Positions 27,020 through 36,094 of a stretch of 64,000 nucleotides of DNA are shown in pieces. This stretch comes from an uncultured Acidobacteriota bacterium (GTDB lineage Bacteria; Acidobacteriota; Terriglobia; Terriglobales; Acidobacteriaceae), in NCBI GenBank assembly GCA_963817925.1, contig CAWFQN010000001.1, positions 11,311 through 75,310 on the forward strand. The letters are read 5' to 3'. The position numbers were made by a program, and so were the translations under genes. The notes under the pieces are model-generated. The model searched no databases. It saw only the letters and a program-made list of their open reading frames with translations, and was not told the origin of the DNA. Each line of letters opens with the position of its first letter. Position 1 is the first letter of the stretch.

Positions 27020-30000
27020 TTACGTTTTCTGTAGAGACGCAGCTGGCTGCGTCTCTTTCGGCTGCGGCGGGTTAGCCGGTTCTTTGCCGTTCTTCCGCTG
27101 CGCCAGATATTCATAGAGGTGGAAGCGGGTCTCGGCGTCATGCTGCGCCTCATGCCAGAGATGCTTGGCCTCGTCCGGATTACTCTTAGTGAGCATCTTG
27201 AAACGCGTTTCCATCTGCAGATAATCCGCAACTTTGCGCGTAGGCGTTCGTGAATCGAGGGTCAGCGGATTCTCGCCCTGCGCCGCACGTTCCGGGTTGT
27301 AGCGATAGAGTAGCCACTGTCCAGAATCGACTGCCGCTTTCTGATTCGACATCGCCGTGGTCATGTTGATGCCGTGAGCGATGCAGTGCGAATACGCGAT
27401 GATGAGGCTGGGCCCGTTGTAGGCCTCAGCTTCGAGGAATGCTTTCAGCGTGTGTTCGTCTTTTGCGCCCATGGCCACGCTTGCGACATAAATGTTGCCG
27501 TAGCTCATCGCGATGAGCCCGAGATCTTTCTTCGGACCCGGCTTGCCGCCAGCGGCGAATTTCGCCACTGCGGCACGCGGGGTGGATTTGGAGGCCTGAC
27601 CTCCCGTGTTTGAGTAGACCTCGGTGTCGAGCACCAGCACGTTCACGTTGCGTCCGCTGGCCAACACGTGATCGAGACCGCCGTAGCCGATGTCATAAGC
27701 CCAGCCGTCCCCGCCAACGATCCAAATGCTTTTCTTGACCAGCAGGTCGGCGACTGCGAGCAGTTGCTTGGCGTCCAACGAATTCAATCCGAGGAGTTTT
27801 TCCTTTAGCAGGTCTACGCGCTGGCGTTGTTCGTAGATGTCGGATTCATCTTTCTGCGGGGAACTGAGTATCGCCGTAGCGAGTTCTTCGCCGATCGTTC
27901 CTGCCACGCGTTTCACCAGTTCCTGTGCGAACTCGGTCTGCTTATCGATCGAGAGGCGGAAGCCCAGGCCGAATTCCGCGTTGTCTTCGAACAGAGAGTT
28001 TGACCAGGCAGGTCCGCGGCCGGCGGCGTTTTTCGTCCAAGGCGTAGTCGGCAGATTGCCACCGTAAATCGACGAGCATCCCGTAGCGTTGGCAATGATT
28101 GCGCGGTCGCCAAACAGCTGCGACATCAGCTTGAGATATGGAGTTTCCCCGCAACCGGAGCAGGCGCCGGAGAACTCAAACAGCGGTTCCTGAACTTGCT
28201 GTTGGCGGATATTGGTGACCTTAATGTTACGGCGGTCGAGTTCCGGGATCTTGAGAAAGAAGTCCCAGTTGTCGCGCTCGGGCACGCGCAGCGGAGGCTG
28301 CGGTACCATGTTGATCGCCTTGAGCCGCGTTTCGGCCTTGTTCTTCACCGGACAAACTTCAACGCAGATGCCGCAACCGGTGCAGTCTTCCGGCGCCACT
28401 TGAATTGTATATTTGAGACTTTGCCATTCTTTGTCGCGGCTCTCCGTGGACTTGAACGTTGCGGGAGCGCCTTGCAGTTCTTTCGTGTCGTAAACCTTGA
28501 TGCGAATCACCGAGTGCGGACAAACCATGGCGCACTTTCCGCACTGGATGCAAATCTTCGGATCCCAGGTGGGAATTTCGAGCGCCAGGTTGCGCTTCTC
28601 CCATTTTGCGGTGCCAGTCGGGAAAGTTCCATCTACGGGGAATGCACTGACAGGCAATTCATCGCCGCGTCCCGCGTAGATCACGCCCAGTACGTCTCGC
28701 TCGAATTCCGGGGCTGAGGGAGAGAACGGTGGCGGCATCTCAATGGTGCTGCTCAATTCGGCCGGGACTTTCACTTCGAACAAGTGCGCCAGAGTTTCGT
28801 CCACGGCTTTCATGTTCTTCTGTACGATCTCTTCGCCCTTGCGGCCGTAGGTGTCGCGAATCGATTTGCGAATCGCCTCGATCGCTTGATCCCCTGGTAA
28901 AACCTTAGAGATGGCGAAGAAGCACACCTGCAAAATCGTGTTCATGCGGCTGCCCATGCCGGTGTCGCGCGCTACCTGGTAGGCGTCGATTACGTAGAAC
29001 TTGGCGCGCTTCGCAATGAGCTGCTCCTGAACCGGACGCGGGAGATGGTCCCAAACTTCATCCTTCCCGAAGGGGCTGTTGAGCAGGAAAGTGCCGCCGG
29101 AAACCAGGGCACTGAGCATGTCATAGCGCTCGAGGAATATCCACTGATGACAAGCCACAAAATTAGCTTTCGAGACCAGATAACTCGAGCGAATGGGCTG
29201 CGGTCCGAAGCGGAGGTGCGAAATAGTTGCCGCCCCCGACTTCTTCGAATCGTAGACGAAGTAGCCCTGCGCGTAGTTGTCGGTGTTCTCACCAATGATT
29301 TTGATCGAATTCTTATTGGCACCCACTGTACCGTCCGCGCCCAGACCGTAAAACATGGCGCGGACAACATTGTCAGGCTCGGTTGAAAACTCGGGATTGT
29401 AGGACAAACTGGTGTGGCTGACGTCGTCCTGAATGCCAATGGTGAAATGATCTTTTACCTGGTGATCGAACTGATCCGCTTTCAGATTGTCGTAGACCGC
29501 CTTGACCATTGCGGGGGTGAATTCTTTGGAAGAGAGCCCGTAGCGGCCACCGACAACCACCGGCGCAGTCAGCCGAGGGCTGTAGCCTGCTTTGACGCCT
29601 TCGTGCAGCGCGTTCACCACATCGAGATAGAGCGGTTCGCCGATCGCGCCCGATTCCTTGGTGCGATCGAGGACGGCGATCTTCCGCACGCTGGCAGGCA
29701 AGGCTTCCAGGAACGCCTGCACCGGGAAGGGACGATACAAATGCACTTTCAGCAGCGCAAGCTTTTCGCCTCGCGCGTTGAGATACTCGACGGCTTCGTG
29801 AGCCACCTCTGCGCCCGACCCCATCAATACGATCACGCGATCGGCATCCGGCGCACCAACATAGTCCACCAAGTGATAGGACCGCCCCACAGCCTCGGCG
29901 AACTTAGTCATTACGGATTGAACGATTTCTGGGCAAGCGTCGTAGTAAGAGTTCGCCCGCTCGCGCATCTGGAAAAACACATCGGGATTCTGCGCCGTGC

Positions 30001-30649
30001 CGCGCAAAACGGGATGGTCCGGCGAGAGGGCGCGCTGGCGATGCTCGATGATGCGATCCATGTTGATGAGCGCCCGCATATCGTCTTCTGCAAGCATTTC
30101 GATTTTGTTGACCTCATGCGAGGTTCGGAAGCCGTCGAAGAAATGCAGGAAAGGAATGCGCGATTCGAGCGCAGCGGCGTGCGCGATCAGTGCCATGTCC
30201 ATGGCTTCCTGCACGGAATTGGAACTGAGCATGGCGAATCCGGTAGCGCGGCAGGACATGACATCCGAATGGTCGCCGAAAATCGAGAGCGCGTGGGTAG
30301 CCAAGGTACGAGCAGAAACGTGGAACGCTGTGGGCGTAAGTTCTCCCGCAATCTTATTCATGTTCGGGATCATGAGCAGCAAGCCCTGGGAGGCAGTAAA
30401 GGTTGTGGCCAGCGAGCCAGTCTGCAGCGCGCCGTGCACAGCCCCGGCGGCTCCGCCTTCGCTCTGCATCTCCATCACGTGGGGAACCGTGCCCCAGATG
30501 TTCTGGATTCTTTGCGACGACCACTCGTCCGCCCATTCGCCCATGTTCGAGGAAGGAGTAATGGGATAAATGGCAATCACTTCGTTAACCCGATAGGCGA
30601 CGTAGGCGACCGCCTCGTTTGCATCCATGGTCTTGAACTTGCGCTTCAT
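27020..30649 (-). CDS. nifJ: pyruvate:ferredoxin (flavodoxin) oxidoreductase
   Basis: About 1209 aa from ATG 30649 (MKRKFKTMDANEAVAYVAYR). Internal ferredoxin domain CIQCGKCAMVCP / CTGCGICVEVCP, and TPP motif GGDGWAYDIGYGGLDHV. Confidence 0.95.
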   Translation of the reverse strand: MKRKFKTMDANEAVAYVAYRVNEVIAIYPITPSSNMGEWADEWSSQRIQNIWGTVPHVMEMQSEGGAAGAVHGALQTGSLATTFTASQGLLLMIPNMNKIAGELTPTAFHVSARTLATHALSIFGDHSDVMSCRATGFAMLSSNSVQEAMDMALIAHAAALESRIPFLHFFDGFRTSHEVNKIEMLAEDDMRALINMDRIIEHRQRALSPDHPVLRGTAQNPDVFFQMRERANSYYDACPEIVQSVMTKFAEAVGRSYHLVDYVGAPDADRVIVLMGSGAEVAHEAVEYLNARGEKLALLKVHLYRPFPVQAFLEALPASVRKIAVLDRTKESGAIGEPLYLDVVNALHEGVKAGYSPRLTAPVVVGGRYGLSSKEFTPAMVKAVYDNLKADQFDHQVKDHFTIGIQDDVSHTSLSYNPEFSTEPDNVVRAMFYGLGADGTVGANKNSIKIIGENTDNYAQGYFVYDSKKSGAATISHLRFGPQPIRSSYLVSKANFVACHQWIFLERYDMLSALVSGGTFLLNSPFGKDEVWDHLPRPVQEQLIAKRAKFYVIDAYQVARDTGMGSRMNTILQVCFFAISKVLPGDQAIEAIRKSIRDTYGRKGEEIVQKNMKAVDETLAHLFEVKVPAELSSTIEMPPPFSPSAPEFERDVLGVIYAGRGDELPVSAFPVDGTFPTGTAKWEKRNLALEIPTWDPKICIQCGKCAMVCPHSVIRIKVYDTKELQGAPATFKSTESRDKEWQSLKYTIQVAPEDCTGCGICVEVCPVKNKAETRLKAINMVPQPPLRVPERDNWDFFLKIPELDRRNIKVTNIRQQQVQEPLFEFSGACSGCGETPYLKLMSQLFGDRAIIANATGCSSIYGGNLPTTPWTKNAAGRGPAWSNSLFEDNAEFGLGFRLSIDKQTEFAQELVKRVAGTIGEELATAILSSPQKDESDIYEQRQRVDLLKEKLLGLNSLDAKQLLAVADLLVKKSIWIVGGDGWAYDIGYGGLDHVLASGRNVNVLVLDTEVYSNTGGQASKSTPRAAVAKFAAGGKPGPKKDLGLIAMSYGNIYVASVAMGAKDEHTLKAFLEAEAYNGPSLIIAYSHCIAHGINMTTAMSNQKAAVDSGQWLLYRYNPERAAQGENPLTLDSRTPTRKVADYLQMETRFKMLTKSNPDEAKHLWHEAQHDAETRFHLYEYLAQRKNGKEPANPPQPKETQPAASLQKT

Positions 30650-30761
30650 AACGTCGACCGCCCTTGTGTTCAATAGAGTCTGTAACTTCCCCGCTCCCAC
30701 TTTGACTGCTTAAGAATGGACGATACGAGGCCTGAACGCAGCAAGGCACATCACAGACGCT

Positions 30762-30777
30762 TGTGACGCACGTCACA
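30762..30777. promoter_or_regulatory. perfect CRP-type palindrome TGTGA-N6-TCACA (site 1, nifJ/regulator divergent region)
   Basis: TGTGACGCACGTCACA, read directly from the sequence. Confidence 0.7.
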
Positions 30778-30785
30778 CACGCTGC

Positions 30786-30801
30786 TGTGAGCAAGGTCAC
30801 A
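30786..30801. promoter_or_regulatory. perfect CRP-type palindrome TGTGA-N6-TCACA (site 2)
   Basis: TGTGAGCAAGGTCACA, centred 24 bp from site 1. Confidence 0.7.
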
Positions 30802-30958
30802 ACGGCGTGTGCCTTGCAGCACAGCCAAACGTTTCATCCGGGCAGACACTGACCTCAGACGGGACTGGCCCCGCTGGCTGTGGACTGCGCAGGAACGCGA
30901 CTCAACCAGTCAGCCCGACCCGAGGCCGTCATAGAAGGGTTTTCGAGGAGGCTAGTTT

Positions 30959-31681
30959 ATGCTCTCACCATACGGAATGGAAATTGTAGAAAGCTGTCTT
31001 ACCTGCAAGCTACGGGCGGATCGGATCTTCTGCGATCTGCCGGCGACCGCGCTGCACGCCTTTGAAAGCATCAAGTATGCGACCGCGTATCCTCAAGGAG
31101 CTGTGCTGTTTGTCGAAGGGCAGCTGCCACGCGGCATCTTCGTGCTCTGCAAAGGCAGCGTAAAGCTTTCCATTAACTCTCCGAACGGCAGAACCATGAT
31201 TGTGAAACTTGCCGAGCCAGGGGAAGTACTGGGATTGAGCGCCACCATCTCGGGCAAACCTTACGAAGTCACGGCAGAGACACTGGACCCCTGCCAGGTC
31301 AACTTCGTAAAGCGCGATGACTTTCTTCGTTTCCTGAAGGACGATGTTGAGGCCTGCTTCAAAGTGGCAGAGCAGTTAAGCGACAAGTATCACACGGCTT
31401 GCCAGGAAGTACGCTCGCTCGGACTGTCCCACTCTGCCGCCGAGAAATTGGCGAACCTGCTTCTGGAATGGAGCTGCAAGAACGGCGAATCTTCCAAGGC
31501 GGAACCGCGGCTGAAGCTGAGGCTCACTCACGAGGAGATCGCACAGATGATTGGGACGTCGCGAGAGACAGTGACCCGGCTGTTTGCTGAAATGAAGAGG
31601 CGTCAGATCGTGCAGTCGAAGGGTTCGACGCTGCTGATTCGAAACACGGCAGCGCTGCGCGAGATCGCAAACCACAACTAG
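30959..31681 (+). CDS. Crp/Fnr-family transcriptional regulator with FNR-like Cys cluster
   Basis: 240-aa ORF with a cNMP-binding-like beta-roll and an HTH (IGTSRETVTRLFAEMKRRQIV). Cys13, Cys16, Cys26 and Cys112 align with FNR Cys20/23/29/122. Confidence 0.9.
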   Translation: MLSPYGMEIVESCLTCKLRADRIFCDLPATALHAFESIKYATAYPQGAVLFVEGQLPRGIFVLCKGSVKLSINSPNGRTMIVKLAEPGEVLGLSATISGKPYEVTAETLDPCQVNFVKRDDFLRFLKDDVEACFKVAEQLSDKYHTACQEVRSLGLSHSAAEKLANLLLEWSCKNGESSKAEPRLKLRLTHEEIAQMIGTSRETVTRLFAEMKRRQIVQSKGSTLLIRNTAALREIANHN

Positions 31682-31781
31682 GCGCACATCCCGTTACTGG
31701 AGGCCGGGCGTCCCCGCCCGGCGGGACGGGCGGGATGGCTGTTCTCCATCGCCCGGATAAGAAACATAACGACTTAGGTCT

Positions 31782-31797
31782 TGTGATCGAGATCACA
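31782..31797. promoter_or_regulatory. perfect CRP-type palindrome upstream of the radical SAM gene
   Basis: TGTGATCGAGATCACA. The arms extend to 8 bp (TTGTGATC/GATCACAA). Centred about 111 nt upstream of ATG 31901. Confidence 0.7.
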
Positions 31798-31803
31798 ATT
31801 TCG

Positions 31804-31819
31804 GGTGATGACTGTCACC
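31804..31819. promoter_or_regulatory. second, weaker CRP-type site (GGTGA-N6-TCACC)
   Basis: GGTGATGACTGTCACC. The core GTGA-N6-TCAC is intact. Lies 22 bp from the perfect site. Confidence 0.4.
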
Positions 31820-31900
31820 GCCTGTCGATTCATCCTCTTCTATTGTTTCGCCAAGGGTGAGCAGCAGAACCACAGGCTAAAGTACATAGGGAGGTTGCAT

Positions 31901-33175
31901 ATGGCATCGGCAAACGGCAACGGGCAGCATTCAGGTCAGGCAAACCAGAACAAGCCGAGACTAGTTTTCTGGGAGTTGACCAAAGGCTGTAACCTCCGCT
32001 GTATCCATTGCCGTGCCAGCGCTACCGAGCTGAGTTCTCCGTCTGACCTCTCAACCCAATCTGCATGCGAGATCATCGATCAGATCGCCGAGGTGTCCAC
32101 TCCAATTCTGGTGTTGAGCGGAGGTGAACCGCTTTTCCGTTCGGATATTTTTCAGTTGGCGCGTTATGGCACCGACAAAGGTCTGCGCGTCGCGTTAGCG
32201 ACGAACGGCACGCTGGTTACCAAGCACGTTGCGCAAATGATCGTCGACAGCGGTGTACGTCGAGTTGCTATCAGCCTGGACGGCGCTGATGCGCTTACCC
32301 ACGACACCTTCCGCGGCATTCCCGGCGCATTCGATGCCGCCATTGCCGGTTTCCGCAATTTGAAGAATCTGGGCATGTCGGTGCAGATCAACACTACGAT
32401 CGCCCGCCACAATGCCCATCAGCTTCCGCTGGTGCTCGAACTGGCGAAGTCGCTGGGAGCGGATGCGCTGCATACCTTCCTGTTGGTGCCGGTGGGCTGC
32501 GGCGTGGATATCGCTGCCGAACAGATGGTTCCGCCGGAGGAGTACGAGCGCATGCTGAACTGGTTCTACGATCGCTCGCTCGAAGGTGGAATCGAGCTCA
32601 AAGCGACCTGTGCGCCACACTACTTCCGGGTGGTTCGCCAACGCCGTGTCGCGGAACGCCGTTCCGAAGCTGCAGCCGCTCAGGCTGCTCATCCGGTGGC
32701 TGAAGTGGCGCAGCATTTGCCGAGTATCGGCCCTACCGAGATGGCAATGCCCGGCTCAACCGGCATCGAACTGAAGCCTCATGGGATCGGACACGCAATC
32801 GGGCACCCCGGCACGCATCCTTCCGACATGAACGCCATGACTAAGGGATGCCTGGCTGGAACCGCGGTGTGTTTCATCTCTCATCAAGGCGAGGTCTATC
32901 CCTGTGGATATTTGCCGGCCCTGGCAGGAGACCTGAAAAAGCAATCGTTCGCCGACATCTGGGAAAACTCGGTGGTGTTCAATCAACTCCGCGACGTCAA
33001 CAACCTGAAGGGCAAGTGCGGCTGTTGCGAGTTCCGCAATATTTGCATGGGCTGCCGCGCGCGCGCCTACGCCGCAACCGGCAACTATCTCGACGAGGAG
33101 CCGTTCTGCGTCTACCAGCCGCGTACGACAAGTTTGAAGGAGAAGGATACGGTCCCGGTGGAAGTCGCACGGTAA
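31901..33175 (+). CDS. radical SAM/SPASM-domain protein, AhbD/NirJ-like
   Basis: Trimmed to ATG 31901, preceded by GGGAGG. Has CNLRCIHC (CxxxCxxC) and a C-terminal Cys-rich SPASM region (CGYLP..KGKCGCCEFRNICMGCRARA). A His/Gly-rich insert lies between the two domains. Confidence 0.8.
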   Translation: MASANGNGQHSGQANQNKPRLVFWELTKGCNLRCIHCRASATELSSPSDLSTQSACEIIDQIAEVSTPILVLSGGEPLFRSDIFQLARYGTDKGLRVALATNGTLVTKHVAQMIVDSGVRRVAISLDGADALTHDTFRGIPGAFDAAIAGFRNLKNLGMSVQINTTIARHNAHQLPLVLELAKSLGADALHTFLLVPVGCGVDIAAEQMVPPEEYERMLNWFYDRSLEGGIELKATCAPHYFRVVRQRRVAERRSEAAAAQAAHPVAEVAQHLPSIGPTEMAMPGSTGIELKPHGIGHAIGHPGTHPSDMNAMTKGCLAGTAVCFISHQGEVYPCGYLPALAGDLKKQSFADIWENSVVFNQLRDVNNLKGKCGCCEFRNICMGCRARAYAATGNYLDEEPFCVYQPRTTSLKEKDTVPVEVAR

Positions 33176-33244
33176 CAGGACGCTCCTCTCGTCGAAGGGC
33201 CAATCACCGTCGAGGCGCGGATCCTGATCATTGACTCCAAATCG

Positions 33245-33595
33245 TTGACCACTTTCTTCCGCGATCAGGGGATCTATCTGTTCATTGCTCTCGTGGTCGG
33301 CTCGACTTTCTGGGCAATTGGCCAGCCCATAAATCCTTTCACCGTCATCTTGTACTCGCTGTGCATTGGCAATTTCGTTTCGCCCCCGATGCAATGGCTG
33401 CATGCCCTGTACGAAAAACCGTCTCCCTATGACTGGCTGATCTTCCTCAGCGTGCTATGCGTCGTGATGTTTCCCGTTTACGCGCTGAGCAGCGTAATTG
33501 TCTGGTGGTTGGCCCCGCCTGATCCGCAATCGCTTGAGCACTTGATCGCCACTGGCTGGAAGATGCCCTTCTTGATCACCTCGTCTATGGCGTGA
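33245..33595 (+). CDS. membrane module (3-4 TM) probably belonging to the downstream PP2C phosphatase
   Basis: 116-aa hydrophobic ORF ending inside a helix (GWKMPFLITSSMA*). Overlaps the next ORF by GTGA. Confidence 0.5.
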   Translation: MTTFFRDQGIYLFIALVVGSTFWAIGQPINPFTVILYSLCIGNFVSPPMQWLHALYEKPSPYDWLIFLSVLCVVMFPVYALSSVIVWWLAPPDPQSLEHLIATGWKMPFLITSSMA

Positions 33596-34407
33596 CGAAT
33601 TTTCTCTACGGCAAGACGAAGGCGCGCCTTGAGCGCCGTAACGTCGAACTGCAGGGCATGGTCCAGTCGGGCGCGGCTCGCCTGGAAATCCACGAGCAAG
33701 AATTGCAACGCGCACGCGATATCCAGCTGTCGCTTTTACCCAAGGAAATTCCTCAGCTTCCGGGAATCGCCGTAGCCACCGCCTGGCGCCCGGCGCGCGA
33801 GGTCGGCGGAGATTACTTCGATGTACTGCGGCTCGACGGCAACAGACTGGCCGTGTGCATTGCCGATGTCTCCGGCAAGGGCGTTCCCGCCGCCTTGCTT
33901 ATGGCCAATGTCCAGGCCAGCCTGCGCGCATCCGTTCGCGACTTGGATAGCCCGGCGCGCGTCTGCGGGATCGTGAACGGCATGCTGTGCGAAAGCGTCG
34001 CTGCTAATAAGTTCGTGACGTCTCTCTGCGGCGTTCTCGATGGCAATACAGGCATGTTTCGCTACTGCAATGCCGGTCATCCTTATCCCATTCTGGTTTC
34101 GGCCGGGGCTGCGCACACCCTGGATCAGGGTGGCGCGGTGCTCGGCGTTTTCCCCTCGTGGAATTACCAAGACTGCAGCGTCAACCTGAAGCCCGGAGAC
34201 AGGCTGCTCCTATTTACCGACGGCATCACCGAAGCCGAGGACGCGCAAGGCGAAGAGTTTGGAGTGGAGAGGGTCGCTGCATTCGTCAAGGCGCACACGG
34301 CCAGCTCCGCTGCTGAATTGAATGAGCAACTGCTGGCGATGGTTTCGGATTTTTGCGGCGCGCATTTCCAAGACGACGCCACCCTGGTGGTTCTCGCCGT
34401 AGATTAA
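33592..34407 (+). CDS. PP2C-family (SpoIIE/RsbU-type) serine phosphatase
   Basis: 271-aa ORF with ARDIQLSLLP, GGDYFDV, VCIADVSGKGVPAALLMA and LLLFTDGITEA. Confidence 0.85.
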   Translation: MTNFLYGKTKARLERRNVELQGMVQSGAARLEIHEQELQRARDIQLSLLPKEIPQLPGIAVATAWRPAREVGGDYFDVLRLDGNRLAVCIADVSGKGVPAALLMANVQASLRASVRDLDSPARVCGIVNGMLCESVAANKFVTSLCGVLDGNTGMFRYCNAGHPYPILVSAGAAHTLDQGGAVLGVFPSWNYQDCSVNLKPGDRLLLFTDGITEAEDAQGEEFGVERVAAFVKAHTASSAAELNEQLLAMVSDFCGAHFQDDATLVVLAVD

Positions 34408-34715
34408 CGTCAAAGCCCGAAATTCTACATCGAACTGAGCTTTTTGGAGCCTTTTCGTTTTTGCGCGGCACGATCAGCAGCCACTTTAACGATCAGCGTA
34501 CTTTAAGGAGGGTTTTCAGCATTCGTGGGGAATCGACTCGAACCGGGCAGACTTTCTCTGTGTCTCTGTGGTGAAATGCCTCAGGGGCTAAAACACGCGG
34601 TTCAGCGTGATATCCCGCAATCTTAGCCTGGCAAGCCCCGCGTTCTGCCCGACTCCAACCGCCGTAACTCAATGAAAACACACGTCGATTACTGCTCGTG
34701 CGCGGAGCCATGCTT

Positions 34716-34730
34716 TGGCACGGAGCATGC
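34716..34730 (+). promoter_or_regulatory. candidate sigma54 -24/-12 promoter upstream of hemA
   Basis: TGGCACGGAGCATGC. The GG-N10-GC spacing is correct and the -24 box is perfect, but the -12 box is ATGC rather than TTGC. Lies 33 nt before the TTG start. Confidence 0.3.
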
Positions 34731-34762
34731 CTTTCCCAGTAGTGGTTTGCAGGAGATAAGTC

Positions 34763-36076
34763 TTGGAACCCTCTCTAATGGTCGTCGGCCTGAACTACCG
34801 AACAGCCCCGGTAGCCGTGCGGGAACGCTTCTGGATCGCCGAAAACCGGCGGTACGAAGCCTTGGCGCAGCTGTCAAGGGCGGAAGGCATCGACGAAGTG
34901 ATTGTCATGGCCACCTGCAACCGGACGGAGTTTTGGCTGTGGGCCGACGACGTCACCCTGGCCGCCAACTCGGTGATGCGGCTGCTCGGAGCCGAATATG
35001 GACTCAAGCTGTGCGAGTGGAAGCACTTCTACCGCTTACTGGATGAAGCTGCCCTTCTCCATATCTTCCGAGTCGCATCCAGCCTCGATTCCATGGTAGT
35101 GGGCGAGCCCCAGGTCGTCTCTCAGGTGAAACAGGCTTGGCAACAAGCGCAGAAGATGGGGGCGACCGGCCGCTTCCTCGACACCGTGCTGCAAAAGGCG
35201 CTCACCGTCTCGAAGCGGGTGCGCAGTGAGACGGCGATTGGCAACGCGGCGGTTTCGATTCCTTATGCCGCCGTCGAGCTCGCACGGCAGATTTTCGGCA
35301 CGCTCGAAAACAAAAATGTTCTCCTGCTGGGCGCGGGCAAGATGAGTGAACTCTCAGCTCGTGGATTGCTCAACCACGGAGCCAGCTCTGTCCTGGTGAT
35401 TAATCGCACACTCGAGCATGCGGCTGAACTTGCCGCGAAGCTGGGTGGCCTCGCGATCCCGTTCGAGGAGCGCTGGCAACACATGGCGGAAGCCGACATC
35501 ATCATCAGCTCGACATCGTGCCCACATACGATTCTGAGCCGCGAGGAAGCCGAGATCCTGATTAGCGAACGCAAGAGTCGGGGGCGTAAAGATCAGCCTC
35601 TGGTGATCGTGGATATCGCGATGCCCCGCGACATCGACTCCGGCGTGCGCGACGTCGAGGGGGTTTTCCTGTATGACCTCGATGACCTGGAAAACGTCGT
35701 CGACCACAACGCGGGCGAGCGCGAGGCTGCCGCAGCCGCCGCACAGAAGATTCTGCAAGCCGAGGCGCAAGGTTTCCGTCGCAAGCTGATGGCGGAGCGC
35801 GTAGTTCCGACCATCGTCGCTCTGCGCCTGCGGCTGGACGAGATTTGCCGGCAAGAACTGGATTCCTTTCGACAAGAGAACGGACCGTTCTCCAAAGACC
35901 AGGATGAAATGTTAAACGCAGTCATGTCCCGGATGACACAAAGAATCGCCGGGTCCCTGGCCCGCGAACTAAAGGAACTTCCAGAAAAAGTGCAGCAGGA
36001 ACAGATGACCACTGCTTTGCGGCAACTGTTCCATCTTCAACCGCCCGAAACGGCGCTTGCCGGCACCAGACCCTAA
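34763..36076 (+). CDS. hemA: glutamyl-tRNA reductase
   Basis: 437-aa ORF with [26 protein letters not shown] and [13 protein letters not shown] 34763 lies 7 nt after AGGAG. The alternative ATG is at 34778. Confidence 0.95.
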   Translation: MEPSLMVVGLNYRTAPVAVRERFWIAENRRYEALAQLSRAEGIDEVIVMATCNRTEFWLWADDVTLAANSVMRLLGAEYGLKLCEWKHFYRLLDEAALLHIFRVASSLDSMVVGEPQVVSQVKQAWQQAQKMGATGRFLDTVLQKALTVSKRVRSETAIGNAAVSIPYAAVELARQIFGTLENKNVLLLGAGKMSELSARGLLNHGASSVLVINRTLEHAAELAAKLGGLAIPFEERWQHMAEADIIISSTSCPHTILSREEAEILISERKSRGRKDQPLVIVDIAMPRDIDSGVRDVEGVFLYDLDDLENVVDHNAGEREAAAAAAQKILQAEAQGFRRKLMAERVVPTIVALRLRLDEICRQELDSFRQENGPFSKDQDEMLNAVMSRMTQRIAGSLARELKELPEKVQQEQMTTALRQLFHLQPPETALAGTRP

Positions 36077-36094
36077 AAGGAGTAGCGAAAACCC

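Noticed and set aside
29414-30676. 420-aa plus-strand ORF, and other long ORFs inside 27020..30649
   Set aside because: They are antisense to or out of frame with nifJ, whose 1209-aa product is unmistakable.
34520-34550. GACTCGAACCGGGC, resembling a reverse-strand tRNA T-arm
   Set aside because: The flanking bases do not form a T-stem or an acceptor stem, so no cloverleaf can be drawn.
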